This document shows, in pieces, positions 9,521 to 19,333 of a DNA stretch of 64,000 nucleotides. The DNA is from an uncultured Comamonadaceae bacterium (GTDB lineage: Bacteria; Pseudomonadota; Gammaproteobacteria; Burkholderiales; Burkholderiaceae_C), in the NCBI GenBank assembly GCA_963933825.1, contig CAWVVY010000001.1, positions 78,797 through 142,796 on the forward strand, given 5' to 3'. The notes under the pieces are model-generated. The model saw nothing but the letters and a program-made list of their open reading frames with translations, did no database searches and was not told the DNA's origin. The translations under genes and the position numbers were made by a program. Numbering within the stretch: the first letter of the stretch is position 1; the number at the start of each line of letters is the position of its first letter.

Positions 9521-10819
9521 ATGAACTACTTAATCATTCTCTTCCTCACCCTGCTCAACGGCGCATTTGCCTTGTCCGAGCTTGCATTGGCCTCTAGTAA
9601 AAAAAGCCGCCTGCTGCGCATGGCCGACGCCGGCGACAAGGGCGCAGCAGCAGCAGCCAAGCTTCTGGATGACCCGACGGCATTTTTGTCGTCTGTTCAA
9701 GTGGGTATCACGTCCATTGGTATCTTGAACGGTATTGTGGGTGAGGCAGCCTTCAGTGGCGGTGTTGCTGAAACGCTGATGGCCTATGGCATGCCCGACA
9801 CCACGGCACCCATTGTTGCGACAGCCTTGGTGGTGGCCGCCATCACATTCGTGACCATCGTCTTTGGCGAGTTGGTGCCCAAGCGCATTGGCCAGTTGTA
9901 TCCCGAGGCTGTTGCCCGTTACGTGGCTATTCCCATGACCATCGTGGCGCGGTTTGCCCACCCATTTGTGGTGTTGTTGTCCAGCACCACACACTTTGTT
10001 TTGAGGTTGTTACGTGTCGACAACAAAGCGTCGCAAGTGGTGACAGAAGAAGAAATTCAAGCCAGTTTGGCTGAGGGCTTGGGCGCTGGCGTGATCGAGG
10101 TCAACGAGCACCAAATGGTCCGCAATGTATTTGCCTTGGACAAGCGTGTGTTGTCTTCCATTATGTTGCCGCGCTCAGATATTCATTGGCTGGATGCATC
10201 GCAAGACGTAGAAGCCGGTCTGGAAAAAGCGCGCGAATTGGGCCACTCGTGGTATCCCATTTGCAAAGGCAGTTTAGATGATGTGGTGGGTGTGCTGCAC
10301 ATGGCTGAAATGCTGCGCCTGCGCCACAGCGAGCCTGACGCCTTGTTGGGTCAGCATGCCTTGCCTGCCGTGTACGTGCCAGAGACGCTCAATGGTATGG
10401 AGCTGCTGGAGCAATACCGAGTGGCTGCTATGCGCATGGTGTTTGTGGTTGACGAGTACGGGGTGGTGCAAGGCTTGCTCACCCCTTTGGATTTGCTAGA
10501 GGCCATCACTGGCGAGTTAAAATCTGAAGAGGCCTTGGACACCTGGGCCACCGAGCAGCCAGACGGCTCTTGGGTGCTTGACGGCGCCATGCCAGCCAAC
10601 GAGGTCAAGGTTCGCCTTCAAGTAGAAGAGTGGCCTGATGAGGCTAAAAGCCGTTACAACACCTTGGCTGGTCTGCTGCAATACGTGTCTGGCGAATTGT
10701 TGAGCGCTGGAAATACTGTTAAAATTGATAATTGGTTATTTACAGTCACGCATGTCCACGGACGGCGTATTGACCAAGTGAATGCGGTTTCAGTTGAAAC
10801 CGACAGTACCGATGTTTAA
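9521..10819 (+). CDS. HlyC/CorC family transporter (CNNM TM domain + CBS pair + CorC_HlyC C-domain)
   Basis: Starting from MNYLIILFLTLLNGAF gives the usual DUF21 N-terminus. The 9449 start would overlap the apaH start region. Confidence 0.8.
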   Translation: MNYLIILFLTLLNGAFALSELALASSKKSRLLRMADAGDKGAAAAAKLLDDPTAFLSSVQVGITSIGILNGIVGEAAFSGGVAETLMAYGMPDTTAPIVATALVVAAITFVTIVFGELVPKRIGQLYPEAVARYVAIPMTIVARFAHPFVVLLSSTTHFVLRLLRVDNKASQVVTEEEIQASLAEGLGAGVIEVNEHQMVRNVFALDKRVLSSIMLPRSDIHWLDASQDVEAGLEKARELGHSWYPICKGSLDDVVGVLHMAEMLRLRHSEPDALLGQHALPAVYVPETLNGMELLEQYRVAAMRMVFVVDEYGVVQGLLTPLDLLEAITGELKSEEALDTWATEQPDGSWVLDGAMPANEVKVRLQVEEWPDEAKSRYNTLAGLLQYVSGELLSAGNTVKIDNWLFTVTHVHGRRIDQVNAVSVETDSTDV

Positions 10820-10843
10820 AATTGCCACCGAGATGGAGACCTC

Positions 10844-11371
10844 ATGCCTGTAGAACCGCAACCAGCCATCAATGAGCCTGACTACGGCGATGATGCGCAA
10901 CGTTGGCATGTGGTTCAAAGCAAGCCCAAGGCAGAGCGTGAGGCTTGCGAGCAGCTTCGCCGTCAAGGCTATGTGGTGATGCTGCCCGAGCTGGTTTTGC
11001 CTCGCAAGCGTTGGGAGGCATTGTTTCCACGTTACATGTTTTTACGCACCACTTCCAACGAGCAATCCATTGCACCTGTGCGTTACACCTTGGGTGTGAG
11101 CCAATTGGTGAGGTTCGCCAGCAAGCCCGCCACGGTGCCCAATGAGGTTGTGGTGGCCAGTATGGAGATGGCCAAGCGCATATCTGGCCAAGACGAGGTT
11201 GTAGCCCACGGCCTAGTGGCCGGTACTGCTGTTGAGGTGATTGATGGGCCACTCAAAGGTCTTCAAGCCATCGTGAAGTCATCAGCCCAAGACCGCGTGC
11301 TAATACTGCTGGAAATTATGGGGCGCGAAGTACACATCCAAACGCAAGCCAAGTGTGTGAAAGTCGCCTAA
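10844..11371 (+). CDS. NusG-family transcription antitermination protein (RfaH-like paralog)
   Basis: NGN-like WHVVQSKPKAEREACEQLRRQGY plus a C-terminal KOW-like segment (VEVIDGPLKGLQAIV). 175 aa. Confidence 0.7.
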   Translation: MPVEPQPAINEPDYGDDAQRWHVVQSKPKAEREACEQLRRQGYVVMLPELVLPRKRWEALFPRYMFLRTTSNEQSIAPVRYTLGVSQLVRFASKPATVPNEVVVASMEMAKRISGQDEVVAHGLVAGTAVEVIDGPLKGLQAIVKSSAQDRVLILLEIMGREVHIQTQAKCVKVA

Positions 11372-11553
11372 GCGCGGACTGAATCTACGCCAATTGTCTG
11401 CGGCACACGTGTACAACACCATCTATGTTGACGCACCAGTAAGAGGCAGACACCACACTTGTTTGGTGCATCGCCAATTCAAAGGGGTCTGAAGCTGCAC
11501 AGTAAAAGCCCATGTATGCACACAATGTACGTAATGTGTTGCATCGCAGCACA

Positions 11554-11569
11554 TGGCACGCGCTTTGCA
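11554..11569 (+). promoter_or_regulatory. Sigma-54 (-24/-12) promoter candidate upstream of urtA
   Basis: TGGCAC-gcgct-TTGCA has the exact GG-N10-GC spacing. It lies about 50 nt upstream of the urtA start. Confidence 0.65.
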
Positions 11570-11616
11570 TTAGAGGTAGCAGCTGCTAGATATATCTAGC
11601 CTGCAACAACCCTTTA

Positions 11617-12912
11617 ATGACTGGAATGAACCCCATGATGAATCGCCGCAGAAATTTGAAAACCCTCGCAATTGCCGCCGCTTTGGCCGTCGGCTCCTTT
11701 GCGGTTATTCCCCAAGCATTTGCAGCCGACACCATCAAGATTGGCGTGTTGCACAGCTTGTCTGGCACCATGGCTATTTCTGAATCTGTGCTCAAAGACA
11801 CAGTCCTGATGACCATTGCCGAAATCAATGCCAAAGGTGGTTTACTCGGCAAGCAGCTGGAGCCTGTGGTGGTCGACCCTGCGTCCAATTGGCCGCTGTT
11901 TGCTGAAAAAGCCAAACAGCTCATAGACCAAGACAAAGTGGCTGTGGTGTTTGGTTGCTGGACATCGGTATCGCGCAAATCGGTGCTGCCTGTGTTTGAA
12001 GAAAAAAACAGCTTGTTGTTTTACCCTGTTCAGTACGAGGGTGAGGAGCTGTCTAAGAATGTGTTTTACACAGGTGCAGCGCCCAACCAGCAAGCCATAC
12101 CTGCTGTTGAGTACCTGATGAGCAAAGACGGCGGCTCCGCCAAGCGCTTTGTGCTGCTAGGCACTGACTATGTGTACCCACGCACAACCAATAAAATTTT
12201 GCGCTCGTTCTTGAAGTCAAAAGGTGTGGCCGACGCAGACATCATGGAGGAGTACACACCGTTTGGGCATTCTGACTACCAAACTATCATTGCAAAAATC
12301 AAAAAATTCGCAGCTGAAGGCAAGAAAACAGCTGTTGTATCCACCATCAATGGTGACTCCAACGTTCCTTTTTACAAGGAGCTTGGCAACGCTGGTCTGA
12401 AGGCCAGTGATGTGCCAGTGGTGGCATTCTCAGTAGGTGAAGAAGAGTTGCGCGGTGTCGACACCAAGCCATTGGTAGGCCATTTGGCCGCATGGAATTA
12501 CTTCATGTCCATCAAGAACCCAAGCAATGACGCCTTCAAAACCAAGTGGGCCAACTACGCCAAGGCCAACAACTTACCAGGTCATAAAGACAAACCGTTG
12601 ACCAACGATCCCATGGAAGCCACTTATATCGGTTTGAACATGTGGGCGCAAGCTGTCACCAAAGCTGGCAGCACAGACACAGACAAGGTGGTTGCGGCCA
12701 TGGCTGGACAAACGTTTCCAGCGCCTGGCGGATTTATGAGCACCATGGACGCGAAAAATCACCACCTTCATAAGCCAGTGTTTATAGGCGAAATCAAGGC
12801 GGATGGCCAGTTCAGTGTGGTGTGGAAGACCAAAGGCCCGGTCATTGCGGATCCTTGGAGTGACTACATCGTAGAAAACAAAGGCAAAGCAAACGTGCCT
12901 ATGTCTAAGTAA
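11617..12912 (+). CDS. urtA: Urea ABC transporter substrate-binding protein
   Basis: Signal peptide ...AVIPQAFA-AD. UrtA/AmiC-type fold motifs (IKIGVLHSLSGTMA, YPVQYEG). First gene of urtABCDE, next to the urease genes. The exact start is uncertain (11617, 11626 or 11635). Confidence 0.9.
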   Translation: MTGMNPMMNRRRNLKTLAIAAALAVGSFAVIPQAFAADTIKIGVLHSLSGTMAISESVLKDTVLMTIAEINAKGGLLGKQLEPVVVDPASNWPLFAEKAKQLIDQDKVAVVFGCWTSVSRKSVLPVFEEKNSLLFYPVQYEGEELSKNVFYTGAAPNQQAIPAVEYLMSKDGGSAKRFVLLGTDYVYPRTTNKILRSFLKSKGVADADIMEEYTPFGHSDYQTIIAKIKKFAAEGKKTAVVSTINGDSNVPFYKELGNAGLKASDVPVVAFSVGEEELRGVDTKPLVGHLAAWNYFMSIKNPSNDAFKTKWANYAKANNLPGHKDKPLTNDPMEATYIGLNMWAQAVTKAGSTDTDKVVAAMAGQTFPAPGGFMSTMDAKNHHLHKPVFIGEIKADGQFSVVWKTKGPVIADPWSDYIVENKGKANVPMSK

Positions 12913-12976
12913 TTTGAATGTCAGGGGTATCCAAACCGGGTACCCCATTTTAACTAGTTCAATTAAAGAGAATCGC

Positions 12977-14584
12977 ATGCATAAAGCATTGTTCGCGTGG
13001 CTCAAGTGCGCCGCGTACGCATTGGTTGTGTGCACCAGTGGTGCCGCTCATGCGTTGACTCAAGCCGATGCATTGGCTTTGGTCGATGGTGACAGTGGCG
13101 ACAGAATTGCCGTTTTACAGAGGTTGGCCTCTGGCGACGATACCGTGGCGCATGACGTCATTCGCGCCATGGCGCAAGAACGTCTGCGCATATACAACGG
13201 ACGCGTGTTCATCCTGAATGACACTGTCCTGCAAGACGCGCTGAATGCCCAAGTTGTCGCGGTTACTTCTGAGGTGGAAGAGGTGATGGTCAACAACCGC
13301 TTACGCGGTGCGCTAGAGATCGCCTTGGCTGGGCTTGATATCGTCGGCGCCGATCCACAGCGTCAATTGCAAGCAGCAAGAAGCTTGCAGCGCGCAGCCT
13401 TTGACAGCCCCGAAGACGCGCCCATTGCGTTGTTGCAAAAAGCGCTCGGTCAGCCCGGGCTAGCCCTCGAGACTGAACAAATACTGGCGCTTAGCGTGGC
13501 TGCTGTGGCGCTGGCAAGCGATGATCCTGCTGTGCGTCTGGCTGCGGCCCACAAGCTAGGTGAGGCCAAGCGCCCAGTGGTGCGCCCTCTGCTGATGCAG
13601 CGCCAAGCTATTGAGACCGATGCAGGTGTACAAGCCGCATTAAAAAGCTCGTTGGCCGCGGTTGATCGGGCTCTCGCCATCAGCCGTGCATTGGCGGAGT
13701 TGTTCACGGGTATCAGCTTGGGTTCCATATTGTTGCTGGCTGCACTGGGCTTGGCCATCACTTATGGCCTCATGGGTGTGATCAACATGGCCCATGGTGA
13801 GCTCATCATGGTTGGCGCCTATGCAACGTGGTGGATACAAACCATTTTTAAACAGCAGTTGCCTCAGTATTTCGACGCCTATTTAGTGGCAGCAGTGCCC
13901 ATCGCGTTTTTGGTTGCCGCATTGGTTGGTGTGGTGATGGAGCGCACCGTTATTCGTTATTTATACGGCAGGCCACTGGAGACTTTGTTGGCAACGTGGG
14001 GTATCAGCTTGGTGCTGATGCAGACTGTTCGTACATTATTTGGGGCCCAAAATGTGGGTGTTGAAAATCCTTCATGGATGAGTGGCAACGTCTTGCTCAT
14101 GGGTAACCTGAGCCTGCCGTGGAACCGCATTGTGATTGTCGGGTTCGCGCTGGCGGTGCTGGCTGGCGTGGCGTGGGTCATCTCAAAAACACGCATGGGT
14201 TTGTTCGTCAGAGGTGTGACACAAAACCGCCCCATAGCCGCTTGCATGGGTGTCAACACCGCACGCATTGACACCTACGCCTTTGCACTGGGTTCTGGCG
14301 TGGCGGGTTTGGCGGGTTGTGCACTCAGCCAAATTGGCAACGTGGGTCCTGACTTGGGACAAAACTACATCGTTGATTCGTTCATGGTGGTGGTGCTTGG
14401 CGGCGTTGGTCAGCTCGCAGGAACGGTGTATGCAGCGCTTAGTTTGGGCGTCCTCAATAAATTCATAGAGGACTGGGCTGGTGCTGTTTTGGCCAAAATT
14501 GCGGTGCTTGTTTTCATAATTGTGTTTATTCAAAAACGTCCACAAGGCATGTTTGCCATGAAGGGCCGGAGTGCTGAGTCATGA
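12977..14584 (+). CDS. urtB: Urea ABC transporter permease with a ~240-aa N-terminal extra domain
   Basis: The C-terminal ~290 aa form a LivH-type permease (GVINMAHGE...). The N-terminus has a signal-like peptide and an Ala/Leu-rich helical-repeat region. ATG 12977 was chosen over 12914. Confidence 0.88.
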   Translation: MHKALFAWLKCAAYALVVCTSGAAHALTQADALALVDGDSGDRIAVLQRLASGDDTVAHDVIRAMAQERLRIYNGRVFILNDTVLQDALNAQVVAVTSEVEEVMVNNRLRGALEIALAGLDIVGADPQRQLQAARSLQRAAFDSPEDAPIALLQKALGQPGLALETEQILALSVAAVALASDDPAVRLAAAHKLGEAKRPVVRPLLMQRQAIETDAGVQAALKSSLAAVDRALAISRALAELFTGISLGSILLLAALGLAITYGLMGVINMAHGELIMVGAYATWWIQTIFKQQLPQYFDAYLVAAVPIAFLVAALVGVVMERTVIRYLYGRPLETLLATWGISLVLMQTVRTLFGAQNVGVENPSWMSGNVLLMGNLSLPWNRIVIVGFALAVLAGVAWVISKTRMGLFVRGVTQNRPIAACMGVNTARIDTYAFALGSGVAGLAGCALSQIGNVGPDLGQNYIVDSFMVVVLGGVGQLAGTVYAALSLGVLNKFIEDWAGAVLAKIAVLVFIIVFIQKRPQGMFAMKGRSAES

Positions 14585-15732
14585 GTGCACCTCATTCAAT
14601 ATCTGATTTGGCCCACGATTTACCGGTGCCGGGTCCAGTGCTTACCCGCCGTGGCTGGGGTGTCTTTTGGATGGCCGTTGTGGTGATTGCCGTGCTGGCC
14701 CCTCTGGCCAATTTGGTTGTCCCTGAAGGGCAGCCCTTGCATCTCAGTGGCTACATGGTCGGCCTATTGGGAAAAATCATGTGCTATGCCATTTGTGCGT
14801 TGGCCATTGATTTGATTTGGGGTTACACAGGTATTCTCAGTTTGGGCCACGGTTTGTTTTTTGCATTGGGTGGCTACGTGATGGGCATGTACTTGATGCG
14901 CCAAATTGGTTTGGACGGCAACTACAAAAGCCCGCTACCTGATTTCATGATTTTCTTAGATTGGAAAGCGTTGCCTTGGCACTGGGCGCTGTCTGATAGC
15001 TTGCCCGCAACGCTGGCGCTGGTTGTGTTGGTACCAGCGGTGGTGGCCTATATATTTGGCTACTTTGCTTTTCGCTCGCGCATCAAAGGTGTTTATTTTT
15101 CAATCATCACGCAGGCCTTGACCTTTGCTGCGTTGTTGCTGTTCTTTCGCAACGAAACAGGTTTAGGCGGCAACAACGGCTTTACTGACTTCAAGCGCAT
15201 TGCTGACATACCGCTGGCCACTGCAGGCATGCGCATGTTTTTGTTTGTGCTGACAGGTACTGTACTGTTGGCCTGTTATCTGGGCGCGCGTTGGATGGTG
15301 CGCAGCAAGTTTGGACGCGTGCTGCAAGCTGTGCGTGACAGCGAAAGTCGTTTGATGTTTTGTGGCTACAATCCCTTGCCCTACAAACTGGCTATTTGGA
15401 CGGTATCGGCTGTGATGTGCGGCATTGCTGGCGCCTTGTACGTGCCCCAGGTGGGCATTATCAATCCGAGTGAGTTGAGCACAGCCAACAGCATTGAGAT
15501 GGTGATTTGGGCTGCAGTTGGCGGGCGAGCCACATTAATTGGGCCCATTATTGGCGCATTCATTGTGAACGGTGCCAAATCTTGGTTGACCGTAGCCTTT
15601 CCTGAGTTTTGGCTGTATGTGTTGGGCGCCTTGTTTATTGGTGTGACGTTGTACTTACCACATGGTGTGGTCGGTTTGTGGCGCCAGATGATGGCCAAGT
15701 TTGCTGCAGGCCGGTCAGGGGGTGCGCCATGA
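14581..15732 (+). CDS. urtC: Urea ABC transporter permease
   Basis: LivM-type permease. Its start overlaps the urtB stop (ATGA). Confidence 0.9.
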   Translation: MSAPHSISDLAHDLPVPGPVLTRRGWGVFWMAVVVIAVLAPLANLVVPEGQPLHLSGYMVGLLGKIMCYAICALAIDLIWGYTGILSLGHGLFFALGGYVMGMYLMRQIGLDGNYKSPLPDFMIFLDWKALPWHWALSDSLPATLALVVLVPAVVAYIFGYFAFRSRIKGVYFSIITQALTFAALLLFFRNETGLGGNNGFTDFKRIADIPLATAGMRMFLFVLTGTVLLACYLGARWMVRSKFGRVLQAVRDSESRLMFCGYNPLPYKLAIWTVSAVMCGIAGALYVPQVGIINPSELSTANSIEMVIWAAVGGRATLIGPIIGAFIVNGAKSWLTVAFPEFWLYVLGALFIGVTLYLPHGVVGLWRQMMAKFAAGRSGGAP

Positions 15733-16601
15733 CCCCTGGTTTGATGCAAGACGGTGCGCAGCGGATGGCACACGCTCGCCACAGGCGTTCTAGCGCCACC
15801 GTATCGGGCGACCGAAGTCCTGGCATCGGCAGGGTGCATGTGCCCGGTGAGATCGATGTCACTCACGGGCGCATTTTGTACTTAGAGGATGTGCATGTCA
15901 GTTTTGATGGCTTCAAGGCCATCAACGGCTTGTCATTGGACATTGCGCCTGGTGAATTGCGCTGCATTATTGGCCCGAATGGCGCTGGTAAAACCACCAT
16001 GATGGACATCATTACCGGGAAAACCCGCCCTGACAGAGGCCGTGTTTTTTTGGGCAGCACCATCGATTTATTGCGCTACCGCGAAGCTGATATTGCCGCC
16101 TTGGGCATTGGACGCAAGTTTCAAAAACCTACAGTGTTTGAGCATCTCAGCGTGTTTGAAAATCTCGAGCTTGCCTTGGCCGCCAACAAAAGTGTGCGCA
16201 GCAGTTTGCTATTTCGATTGACACCTCTGCAGCGCGAGCGCTTGGCTGAGGTGTTAATCACCATACAACTGGCCGCACATGCCAAAGACCTAGCCGGCAC
16301 GTTAAGCCACGGACAAAAGCAATGGCTAGAAATTGGCATGTTGTTGATGCAAGAGCCCCGACTGTTGCTGCTTGACGAACCGGTGGCGGGTATGACGGAT
16401 GAAGAAACTGAGCGGACGGCCGAGCTGTTTTTAAGTCTTAAAGGAAAACATTCGCTGGTGGTGGTCGAACACGACATGAACTTTATACGTGCCATAGCCG
16501 ATACCGTAACAGTCTTGTGTGAAGGTGCTGTATTGGCCGAAGGTACGCTAGACCACGTACAAGCAGACCAGCGCGTCATTGATGTGTATTTAGGCCGCTG
16601 A
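15729..16601 (+). CDS. urtD: Urea ABC transporter ATP-binding protein
   Basis: ATG 15729 overlaps the urtC stop. Motifs GPNGAGKTT, LSHGQKQWLEI and LLLLDEPVAG. Confidence 0.9.
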   Translation: MTPGLMQDGAQRMAHARHRRSSATVSGDRSPGIGRVHVPGEIDVTHGRILYLEDVHVSFDGFKAINGLSLDIAPGELRCIIGPNGAGKTTMMDIITGKTRPDRGRVFLGSTIDLLRYREADIAALGIGRKFQKPTVFEHLSVFENLELALAANKSVRSSLLFRLTPLQRERLAEVLITIQLAAHAKDLAGTLSHGQKQWLEIGMLLMQEPRLLLLDEPVAGMTDEETERTAELFLSLKGKHSLVVVEHDMNFIRAIADTVTVLCEGAVLAEGTLDHVQADQRVIDVYLGR

Positions 16602-16649
16602 TCACAGCCATTGCATTGTTGTTATTTTAAATACATAGAAAGCCAGAGC

Positions 16650-17342
16650 ATGCTCGAGGTCCAGTCGATAAACCAGTATTACGGCAGCAGCCATATTTTG
16701 CGCGGACTGAGTCTGCGGGCCGCTGTTGGCGAGGTGACGGTTGTGTTGGGCCGCAATGGGGTGGGTAAGACCACGCTGCTCAAATCACTGATGGGGTTGG
16801 TGCCTATTAAAAGTGGCGATATTGTGTTGAACGGCAAAACCATTACCAAAGATGCGCCTTACGCACGCGCGCGTGCGGGCGTGGGTTATGTGCCACAAGG
16901 AAGAGAGATATTTGCGCGCCTCAGTGTGCGCGACAACCTGCTCATGGGTCTGGCCACGCAAACAGCGACCACGCCCATCCCCGATGAGTTGTTTGAACTG
17001 TTCCCCGTATTGGAGGAGATGTTGAACCGCCGCGGCGGTGATTTGTCTGGGGGGCAGCAACAGCAACTGGCTATTGCCAGGGCTTTGGCGGCCAAGCCCA
17101 AGCTGCTCATTTTGGATGAGCCCACTGAGGGCATTCAGCCCAGCATCATCAAAGACATTGGGCGCGTTATTCGCATGCTGGCTGACCGTGGCGACATGGC
17201 CATTGTGTTGGTTGAGCAATACTATGACTTTGCCCAAGCGTTGGCTGACCGTTACGCGGTGATGGAACGCGGTACGTTTATCGCGCAAGGCCCTGGCCAT
17301 GAAATGGCCGCCAAAGGTGTTCGAGACCTCGTGGCTATCTAG
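16650..17342 (+). CDS. urtE: Urea ABC transporter ATP-binding protein
   Basis: Starting from MLEVQSINQYYG: GRNGVGKTT, LSGGQQQQLAIARAL and LLILDEPTEGIQPSI. Confidence 0.9.
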   Translation: MLEVQSINQYYGSSHILRGLSLRAAVGEVTVVLGRNGVGKTTLLKSLMGLVPIKSGDIVLNGKTITKDAPYARARAGVGYVPQGREIFARLSVRDNLLMGLATQTATTPIPDELFELFPVLEEMLNRRGGDLSGGQQQQLAIARALAAKPKLLILDEPTEGIQPSIIKDIGRVIRMLADRGDMAIVLVEQYYDFAQALADRYAVMERGTFIAQGPGHEMAAKGVRDLVAI

Positions 17343-17347
17343 GGCAA

Positions 17348-18049
17348 TCAGCAGGCGCGGTGTGCTGACTGGGCAAGCGACTCGCCTATGCCGGATTTCA
17401 GCATGCCGCGCTGCTCAATGAAAGCAATCACGTCGGGCAAACCCACCAGTGTTTTCAAGTTGGTCATGACATAGGGTTTCACACCTTGTGGCGTGGTGCG
17501 CATGCGCCGTGTGTCCGTGTTCATCACGTCTAAGCTAGCGCCAACATAGGGCGCCAAGTCTGTTTTGTTGATGATGAAAAAATCACTTTTGGTGATGCCT
17601 GGACCACCCTTGCGCGGTATTTTCTCACCTGCTGCGACGTCAATGACATAGATGGTGAGGTCGCTCAGCTCAGGGCTGAATGTAGCGGCCAAGTTGTCGC
17701 CGCCACTTTCTATAAACACGATGTCGGCGTTGGGGAACTGCTCCAGCATTCTGTCGATCGCCTCTAAGTTGATGGATGCGTCTTCACGGATGGCCGTGTG
17801 TGGACAACCGCCTGTTTCCACGCCCATGATGCGCTCAGCCGCCAATGCACCGCTGACTGTGAGCAACCGTTGGTCTTCTTTGGTGTAAATGTCGTTGGTA
17901 ATAGCAATTAAGTCGTAGGTGCTAGACATCGCCTTGCAGAGCATTTCTAGCAGGGTGGTTTTGCCAGAGCCGACTGGCCCCCCTATGCCCACGCGCAGTG
18001 GTGGCAGCAACTTGGTGCGGTTGGCAATGTGGTGAAGTGCGGTTGTCAT
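17348..18049 (-). CDS. ureG: Urease accessory GTPase
   Basis: [12 protein letters not shown]-loop and ESGGDNL. 233 aa. Confidence 0.93.
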   Translation of the reverse strand: MTTALHHIANRTKLLPPLRVGIGGPVGSGKTTLLEMLCKAMSSTYDLIAITNDIYTKEDQRLLTVSGALAAERIMGVETGGCPHTAIREDASINLEAIDRMLEQFPNADIVFIESGGDNLAATFSPELSDLTIYVIDVAAGEKIPRKGGPGITKSDFFIINKTDLAPYVGASLDVMNTDTRRMRTTPQGVKPYVMTNLKTLVGLPDVIAFIEQRGMLKSGIGESLAQSAHRAC

Positions 18050-18789
18050 GATCGGAAAAGCCTTGAGTATTGGGTTTCATGTTGGGCGCTGTGAATAGCC
18101 AGCATAGGCGCGCACGCTTGGCGTGTGAAGTCGTTAAGCGCCTGTGCCGTTGCCACAGCCGTGGGTATGTCTTGCACCAGACGTGCGAGTATGCGCTGGC
18201 CTGCGCTTTGCCCAAGCGGCACAGCCTTGATTGCGGCTTGAACCTGGTTCTCTGCCCATGTAAAAGCGTGTGCACTGAGTGCATCGGCGTGGCTGGCCAA
18301 ACCACATGCCGCGACAGCGGCGCATACAACTGGAAAGGTGGGTACAGCTAAGGCGCAAGCTTGCAGTGCATGGTGCGCTTTGGTGGCTGGCAGGTCGGCG
18401 TTGGACGGGTCAAACTGTCCAGCCCACACCACCAGCGAGCGTCCCATTTGTTCAGTTTGTCGTCTTAATTCGTGCGTCTCTCGGGTGTGCAATACCCAGT
18501 TATTGAGTGCGTGTACGCGCTCAAAATCTGCGTTGTGCCAAGCCGGAATGGCTTGAGCCATAACGGCTAAGTCGCAGCGGGCCAAGCTGATGTGCAGCTG
18601 CTCAACAACCCAATCGCCTGCGCTGCGCTCGTCGTGCACTTGCAAACACGCCACGCCAGCTTCTAACCCGTCTGAATAACTAAACCCACCAACGGGCAAG
18701 GCAGGCGAGGCCAGCCAGAGCAGTTGCAGCAGGCCCGGCGTTGCAGCAGTCCCGGTAGTGGCGGTGTTAGCGGTTGTTGGCTCAGCCAT
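18046..18789 (-). CDS. ureF: Urease accessory protein UreF
   Basis: [24 protein letters not shown]. The start at 18789 (MAEPTT) overlaps the ureE stop (ATGGCTGA). The longer 18903 start would overlap the ureE coding sequence. Confidence 0.85.
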   Translation of the reverse strand: MAEPTTANTATTGTAATPGLLQLLWLASPALPVGGFSYSDGLEAGVACLQVHDERSAGDWVVEQLHISLARCDLAVMAQAIPAWHNADFERVHALNNWVLHTRETHELRRQTEQMGRSLVVWAGQFDPSNADLPATKAHHALQACALAVPTFPVVCAAVAACGLASHADALSAHAFTWAENQVQAAIKAVPLGQSAGQRILARLVQDIPTAVATAQALNDFTRQACAPMLAIHSAQHETQYSRLFRS

Positions 18790-19327
18790 GTGCGTGGCCG
18801 TTGTCATGGAGGTGCCCGTCACCATGACCGTGTTTGTGGGTATGGCCCTTATCGGCGTGTTGATGAGCTGAGTGGTCTCCGTAGGCACCTGACTCAGGCT
18901 CAAAAGCGGATTGTGCCTGCGCGACTGTTAAGTGCATATCGCGCAACATGTCAGCCAGCACATGGTCGGGTTCAATGTGCAGGTGAGTGGGTGTCAGTTC
19001 AATGGGTACATGGCGGTTGCCAAGGTGGTAGGCCGCACGCACGAGGTCAAATGGTCGACCGTGTTCAGCGCAAGGGGTGATGCGCAGTACCGTTTGATCG
19101 GCGGCAACGACACGCAACAGTTCGCCCTGTGTGCTGACCAACACGTCACCGCCACGCAGCACGCACCCACGGGCTATGAATACGCCGACCAGATTGCCCT
19201 CACTGGTGGTGGCATCAAAACGACTTTTTTGCCTGACATCCCAGTCTAGACAGACACAAGGTGCACGGCGCAGCAACGCGCTGGCCAAGCCTCCACCTTG
19301 TGGGAGTATTTTGTTGAACAGTTGCAT
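18782..19327 (-). CDS. ureE: Urease accessory metallochaperone UreE with His-rich tail
   Basis: UreE N-domain followed by the C-terminal [30 protein letters not shown]. Confidence 0.88.
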   Translation of the reverse strand: MQLFNKILPQGGGLASALLRRAPCVCLDWDVRQKSRFDATTSEGNLVGVFIARGCVLRGGDVLVSTQGELLRVVAADQTVLRITPCAEHGRPFDLVRAAYHLGNRHVPIELTPTHLHIEPDHVLADMLRDMHLTVAQAQSAFEPESGAYGDHSAHQHADKGHTHKHGHGDGHLHDNGHAHG

Positions 19328-19333
19328 GGTGTT

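Noticed and set aside
11385-11570. 61-aa minus-strand ORF in the urtA upstream region
   Set aside because: No RBS and Cys/His-rich odd composition. The region is better explained as the urtA sigma-54 promoter/enhancer region.
18790-18903. Thr-rich 38-aa N-terminal extension of UreF from the longer ORF start
   Set aside because: It would overlap the His-rich tail of ureE in another frame. The ATG at 18789 gives the usual ATGnnTGA-type coupling to ureE.
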